Positions 59,351 to 64,000 of a stretch of DNA of 64,000 nucleotides are shown one piece after another. Below the pieces are notes generated by a model that saw nothing but the letters and a program-made list of their open reading frames with translations, was not told where the DNA came from and made no database searches. Origin of the DNA: Candidatus Levyibacteriota bacterium. Lineage in GTDB: Bacteria > Patescibacteriota > Microgenomatia > Levybacterales > UBA12049. Position numbers and translations under genes: made by a program. The stretch is taken from assembly GCA_003173895.1 (NCBI GenBank), contig PJMG01000005.1, positions 18,275 to 82,274 of the forward strand, read 5' to 3'. Numbering within the stretch: position 1 is the stretch's first letter; each line of letters opens with the position of its first letter.

Positions 59351-61498
59351 ATGGAAAACATTTCTCTGATAATTCCTCTTAATGACGAAATAATTGACTT
59401 TTCTAGGTTCATTTTTGGTTTAAACGAAGCACTATCTGAAAGAAAATTTATCAGAAGAGGTAGAAATATTGAATACGAGGTTATAATAGTCGCCCAAAAT
59501 CCAGAAAACCCCAGCCTTAAGAATATTAAAAATCTTTCAGAGAATTTTTCTATTAAACTTCTTATTGAAAGTAAATCTAAAAATGTTACTCAATTTTACG
59601 CTAAAGGTTTTTCCTATGCTAAATATGATATTTTAGTTAAAGTTAATCCTGATCAATTATTTTTAACTGACTCTTTGCTAAGAATAATTAATGAAATAAA
59701 AAAAGATACTGATTTAGTGATCATCTCAGAAAGTGAGCAAAAAGAATTATTTAAAACCGTTAATGATCAATTTCTTTTTAAACTTCAAAAAGATTTTCAG
59801 GCAAGTACTTTTGTTTTCACAAAATATGTATGGAATACAATTCACTTTGACTCCAATTCCGAAATAACCTTTAATATCGAATTTTTACATAGAACTATTC
59901 AAGCAGGATTTATAGTAAAAAACTTTAATTTCAACTCTCCTAAAAATAAAATTCAGCTGTCCCGTTTAAGAGAATTTAAAAATTTATTAAGCACCCTAGT
60001 CTATGTGATGCTTATAAGAACCGAGCGACTTTCTCCTCAATATCTACCCTCTGCTACAGAAGAAACTATGCTTAATGCAGGATTAGGTTATAGGAAACAT
60101 AAATTCATCACTCATACAAAATTGCCATTTAAAGATAGTGCCGTTGATTCTTTTATCTTTAAACAAGTTCTTTTTTTTGTTTTAATTATCGAATTTATAG
60201 TTCTAGGTTTAATTATTAATCCACTTTTAATTACCCAAATAATAGTAGGTATAATAAGTTTCATTTATTTTATAGACATATTTTTCACATTTTATTTAGT
60301 AGTTAAAACTATTCGTAGCTCCTATGAAATAACTTATACGGACAATGAATTAAAGGAAATTAAAGAAGAAAATTTACCTGTTTATAGTATCTTATGCCCT
60401 TTATATAAAGAGACGCATATGATTCCACATTTTTTAGATGGAATTGGGAAATTAGATTATCCTAAAGAAAAATTAGATGTAATACTTCTTTTGGAAGAGG
60501 ATGATAAAGAAAGCATAAAAGCAATTAGTTATATGAATTTACCACCATTTGTTAGAACTATTATAGTTCCTCACTCTCTACCAAAAACTAAACCTAAAGC
60601 TTGTAATTATGGGTTATCTCATGTTAAAGGAGAATACATCGTAGTTTACGATGCTGAAGATATACCAGACCCTATGCAACTTAAAAAAGCATATATAGGA
60701 TTTAATAAATCAGATAGAAAAGTGGTCTGTTTACAGGCAAAACTTAATTATTATAATCCTACTCAAAATCTTTTAACGCGCTTTTTTACTGCCGAATATT
60801 CTCTTTGGTTTGATGTTACTCTAACCGGACTTCAATCTATCAACACCAGTATTCCTCTTGGTGGAACTAGTAATCATTTTAGAACAGAAGATATTAAGAG
60901 ACTTAATGCTTGGGATCCATTTAATGTTACAGAAGATGCGGATTTAGGAGTAAGGTTATTTAAACAAGGTTATAAAACAGCAGTTATTGATTCTGTTACT
61001 TTAGAAGAAGCCAATAGTAATGTAGGTAATTGGCTCAGACAACGTTCACGCTGGATTAAAGGATACATGCAAACATATTTAGTACATAGTCGTGATATGG
61101 TCCCATTCTTTCGTAAATGGGGTATTCATGCACTTATTTTCCAATTAGTAATTGGGGGCAGAATCGCTTTTCTGTTTATAAATCCACTTTTATGGATAAT
61201 TACTATTTCTTATTTTATATTTTATGGTATAGTTGGTCCAAGTATAGAAGCTATATATCCACCTTTTATTTTATATATGGCTATTATCTCTCTTATTTTT
61301 GGTAATTATCTTTACATTTTTTGTTACATATTAGGCTGTGTTAAAAAAGGACAATGGCATCTTATAAAATATGTTTACCTGATTCCTTTTTATTGGTTTT
61401 TAATGAGTTTAGCTGGATGTATGGGTTTTTATCAATTAATTTTTAAACCACATTATTGGGAAAAAACTGTACATGGTTTGCATCTTAAAAAAATATGA
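59351..61498 (+). CDS. Processive family-2 glycosyltransferase (cellulose/chitin-synthase-like) with extra N-terminal domain and C-terminal TM helices
   Basis: GT-A core with YSILCPLYKE, DxD (YDAEDIP), TED (VTEDADL) and Q(R/Q)xRW (QRSRWIKG). Membrane helices flank the catalytic domain. Confidence 0.75.
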   Translation: MENISLIIPLNDEIIDFSRFIFGLNEALSERKFIRRGRNIEYEVIIVAQNPENPSLKNIKNLSENFSIKLLIESKSKNVTQFYAKGFSYAKYDILVKVNPDQLFLTDSLLRIINEIKKDTDLVIISESEQKELFKTVNDQFLFKLQKDFQASTFVFTKYVWNTIHFDSNSEITFNIEFLHRTIQAGFIVKNFNFNSPKNKIQLSRLREFKNLLSTLVYVMLIRTERLSPQYLPSATEETMLNAGLGYRKHKFITHTKLPFKDSAVDSFIFKQVLFFVLIIEFIVLGLIINPLLITQIIVGIISFIYFIDIFFTFYLVVKTIRSSYEITYTDNELKEIKEENLPVYSILCPLYKETHMIPHFLDGIGKLDYPKEKLDVILLLEEDDKESIKAISYMNLPPFVRTIIVPHSLPKTKPKACNYGLSHVKGEYIVVYDAEDIPDPMQLKKAYIGFNKSDRKVVCLQAKLNYYNPTQNLLTRFFTAEYSLWFDVTLTGLQSINTSIPLGGTSNHFRTEDIKRLNAWDPFNVTEDADLGVRLFKQGYKTAVIDSVTLEEANSNVGNWLRQRSRWIKGYMQTYLVHSRDMVPFFRKWGIHALIFQLVIGGRIAFLFINPLLWIITISYFIFYGIVGPSIEAIYPPFILYMAIISLIFGNYLYIFCYILGCVKKGQWHLIKYVYLIPFYWFLMSLAGCMGFYQLIFKPHYWEKTVHGLHLKKI

Positions 61499-63135
61499 AA
61501 AACTTTATTTGTAACATTAAAAATTTCTGGGAAAAACATAATGATTTAATAATTTTTGTATTAACTTTTTTAATAAGTTTAGCTTCTCAAATATATTTTT
61601 ATACTCATGGTAATCAAAATTTATCTGATTATGATGCTATAGCCAGACTCAATATTGCTAGGAAAATAATAGATAGTTTAACGCCGGGGATAGGACAATT
61701 AGGCGGTATTTGGTTACCGTTTCCTCAGATTTTAATGATTCCTTTTATTTGGAATAATTTTCTTTGGCACACAGGTATAGCAGGCTCTATAGTTTCAGGT
61801 ACTGCATTTATTCTAAGTGCCATTTATCTTAGGAAAACAGTATTACTTCTGACAAATAATAAAAAAGCAGCGCTTTTAGTGTGGTTTATTTTTGTAAGTG
61901 ATATTAATCTTTTACTGCTTCAAACTATGGCCATGAGTGAATCATTTTTCTTATTTTCTATGATTATGATTCTTTATTTTTTAACTAAATGGGTAAAGGA
62001 TCATGACTTTGTAGATTTTTTACTACTTGGGTTATTTGTTACTTTTATTACCTTGACTCGCTATGAAGGATATTTCGTTTTTATAGGAGTGTTCATTAGC
62101 GTTTTTCTAGAATGTATATTTTCTTATTGGCGATATGAAGGAAAAGATAAGGTAGAAGGGATGATGTTAGTGTTTTTAACTGTGGCTGGTTTTGGTATTT
62201 TTCTGTGGTGTTTATACTGTGCACTTTTTTATAAAGATCCACTTTATTGGCTTCATGTCTATTCATCAGATAAAGGACAGGTTTCTACATATTCTGCGTC
62301 CATAGAAAATGTTAAGACAAATACCACGATAGTAGGTAAAGGTGCTCTTTCAATTACGCAAAGTTTTTTAACTTATTCTTCTGCCATTTTATGGACTAAT
62401 GGAATAATTACTTCTTTACTAGCTCTTTTTGGATTTATTCTTATTACTATTAATGTTTTAGAAAGAAGATTAATAAGAAGTAAGATTAGACTATATTTGC
62501 CGATCATCATAATAAGCACTGTTTTATTTAGTCTTCTAGTATATGGATATCAAAGAGGTTTTATTCCAGCTATAGAATTCCCGCCCATTACCATAGTACA
62601 TTTACTTAGTAAATCATTTAATGATTTCTCACATTCTAATATTCGCTATGGTGTAATTATGGCGCCTTTAATTTTTATTTTTATAGGTCTCATAGCTTCT
62701 AGAAATAAAGTATTTGGAGTATTAATTACACTACTAATTGCTTTCCAGATTTTCACTTATTTCTATACTCCCCTTTTTCTTTATTTCTCATTTCCTGCTT
62801 CTTGGGGATATTCTATTCTCAAACCTGTTCCCTGGTTTATTTCTCACTATGATGGAGGATTAATCTTAACCAGTTCTAACAGGCATGAGAATTTTATGTT
62901 TCAAACGGGATTACCCTATAAAGATTTTATTTATGAAGGATCTCGCGAATATTGGACTACCTCACTTAATGAACCTGATATGTATGCTACATGGATTTTA
63001 TATGATGAAACTAATACTGGAGATAATGTTACCAGATATTTGACAGACTATGCTCATTATATTTTAGATACTAAATACAAACTTTTATACTACCAAAATG
63101 GTGTAAAGATATATAAATTAAAGGATACTAATTAG
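61495..63135 (+). CDS. Polytopic membrane protein, possible GT-C-type glycosyltransferase (ArnT/PMT-like)
   Basis: 546 aa, ~12 TM helices, acidic motif (SDYDAI) in the first loop. Start overlaps the GT2 stop by 4 nt. Confidence 0.4.
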   Translation: MKNFICNIKNFWEKHNDLIIFVLTFLISLASQIYFYTHGNQNLSDYDAIARLNIARKIIDSLTPGIGQLGGIWLPFPQILMIPFIWNNFLWHTGIAGSIVSGTAFILSAIYLRKTVLLLTNNKKAALLVWFIFVSDINLLLLQTMAMSESFFLFSMIMILYFLTKWVKDHDFVDFLLLGLFVTFITLTRYEGYFVFIGVFISVFLECIFSYWRYEGKDKVEGMMLVFLTVAGFGIFLWCLYCALFYKDPLYWLHVYSSDKGQVSTYSASIENVKTNTTIVGKGALSITQSFLTYSSAILWTNGIITSLLALFGFILITINVLERRLIRSKIRLYLPIIIISTVLFSLLVYGYQRGFIPAIEFPPITIVHLLSKSFNDFSHSNIRYGVIMAPLIFIFIGLIASRNKVFGVLITLLIAFQIFTYFYTPLFLYFSFPASWGYSILKPVPWFISHYDGGLILTSSNRHENFMFQTGLPYKDFIYEGSREYWTTSLNEPDMYATWILYDETNTGDNVTRYLTDYAHYILDTKYKLLYYQNGVKIYKLKDTN

Positions 63136-63988
63136 TATTTCTTACTGTACGTCTAGAAGCACCATTACTATATCCATTTCCATTTTCTTGCTCTTTACCA
63201 TTCAAATGACCATTCTCTGGTTCTATTTTTACTAAAGAAGGAGTATCTAAAACTGTTAATCTATTATTTTCGTCTTTATTTACATGCATACGTACGCGAG
63301 TCTTACCAGGAATAGGTATAATATTCTCTGGATCTTTAGTGACAAAATATATTTCATTAAAATCAGCTTCACGTCCTAATATTGAATGTTTAATATTATC
63401 AAGTAACTTAAAAAAGTTTTTTTGAAAGACATTCTCAATATAGGTTAAAATTTCATCTTTTTTTTGATTTCCTATAATAATAATTTTTATTGACTCACTA
63501 GTAGGAGACATACTAACAACTTCTGCAGGAATACTTAAAAAGAATCGTCCACTATAGGGAGAATTTTCTATATCATTTCTTATGTCGTTAAAATAATTTA
63601 CGAATAAAGAATGTCCAATAGTATCCCATAAAGGATTAACAATTAATTTAGTAGAACTTTTTAGATCATGATCTATGATAGAAACAGCTTCTTCGAAGAA
63701 ATATTCATCAGGGATTAAAAATTTAGTATTATAGTTATTTATAAAATCTAGGTTTGTTTTAGAGATAGTATGATTTCTAGCAAGATTAATTTTTTCTTTT
63801 ATCTCTTCTTCTGATGAATCATCTAGAGGAGCATTTTTGTTATAACGTTTTCTACGACCCCAGGGAGCCAGAAGATCAATCGCTACACAATACGTACGCT
63901 CTTGTAATGCACGCTTTTGCACGTCATCTAATGACTCATTTTGTCTTTTTTTCTTTTCCCACAATTCTATGGTTTGGATAGCTCTCAC
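63128..63988 (-). CDS. Hypothetical protein
   Basis: 286-aa ORF near the window edge. Confidence 0.4.
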   Translation of the reverse strand: MRAIQTIELWEKKKRQNESLDDVQKRALQERTYCVAIDLLAPWGRRKRYNKNAPLDDSSEEEIKEKINLARNHTISKTNLDFINNYNTKFLIPDEYFFEEAVSIIDHDLKSSTKLIVNPLWDTIGHSLFVNYFNDIRNDIENSPYSGRFFLSIPAEVVSMSPTSESIKIIIIGNQKKDEILTYIENVFQKNFFKLLDNIKHSILGREADFNEIYFVTKDPENIIPIPGKTRVRMHVNKDENNRLTVLDTPSLVKIEPENGHLNGKEQENGNGYSNGASRRTVRNTN

Positions 63989-64000
63989 TGCTCCAACTAA

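Noticed and set aside
1-64000. Searched for CRISPR arrays, rRNA genes, transposase/IS ends and reverse transcriptases
   Set aside because: No regularly spaced direct repeats, no rRNA-like conserved blocks, and no DDE/RT motifs were seen in any frame.

Overview
This 64 kb window is AT-rich (roughly 30% GC) and gene-dense, with short intergenic regions. Housekeeping genes are interleaved with many unidentifiable ORFs, the pattern seen in small-genome uncultivated bacteria (CPR/Patescibacteria-like); that attribution is inference only.

Genes recognised from motifs:
- Regulation and signalling: Fur-family regulator; GAF-type sensor histidine kinase; a protein whose only recognisable domain is a C-terminal sigma-70 region 4.
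- Central metabolism: phosphoglycerate mutase (gpmA) and enolase (eno).
- Transport: P-type cation ATPase; MacAB-like ABC exporter with an HlyD-type adaptor.
- Translation and GTPases: Obg and TypA/BipA.
- DNA repair: MutS and an endonuclease-type MutL, separated by a pentapeptide-repeat protein; DinB (Pol IV).
- Cell envelope: D-Ala-D-Ala carboxypeptidase; NodB-type polysaccharide deacetylase; SGNH hydrolase; a processive GT2 glycosyltransferase (DxD, TED and QxxRW motifs) followed by polytopic membrane proteins.
- Six tRNA genes, one of them with non-canonical D and T loops.

Most notable observations:
1. A three-gene flavin module: an NqrC/RnfG-like FMN-binding protein, an ApbE flavin transferase, and an RnfD/NqrB-like membrane domain fused to a ferredoxin-reductase-type FAD/NAD(P)H domain.
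2. A tRNA-His-like cloverleaf with degenerate D and T loops, lying directly beside a zinc-finger HNH endonuclease gene and an orphan 5' half of a canonical tRNA-His.
3. A GC-rich, hairpin-rich 138-nt in-frame insertion inside enolase, analogous to Rickettsia palindromic elements.
4. A second GC-rich structured element in the leader of mutL.

No CRISPR array, rRNA or clear transposase was seen.
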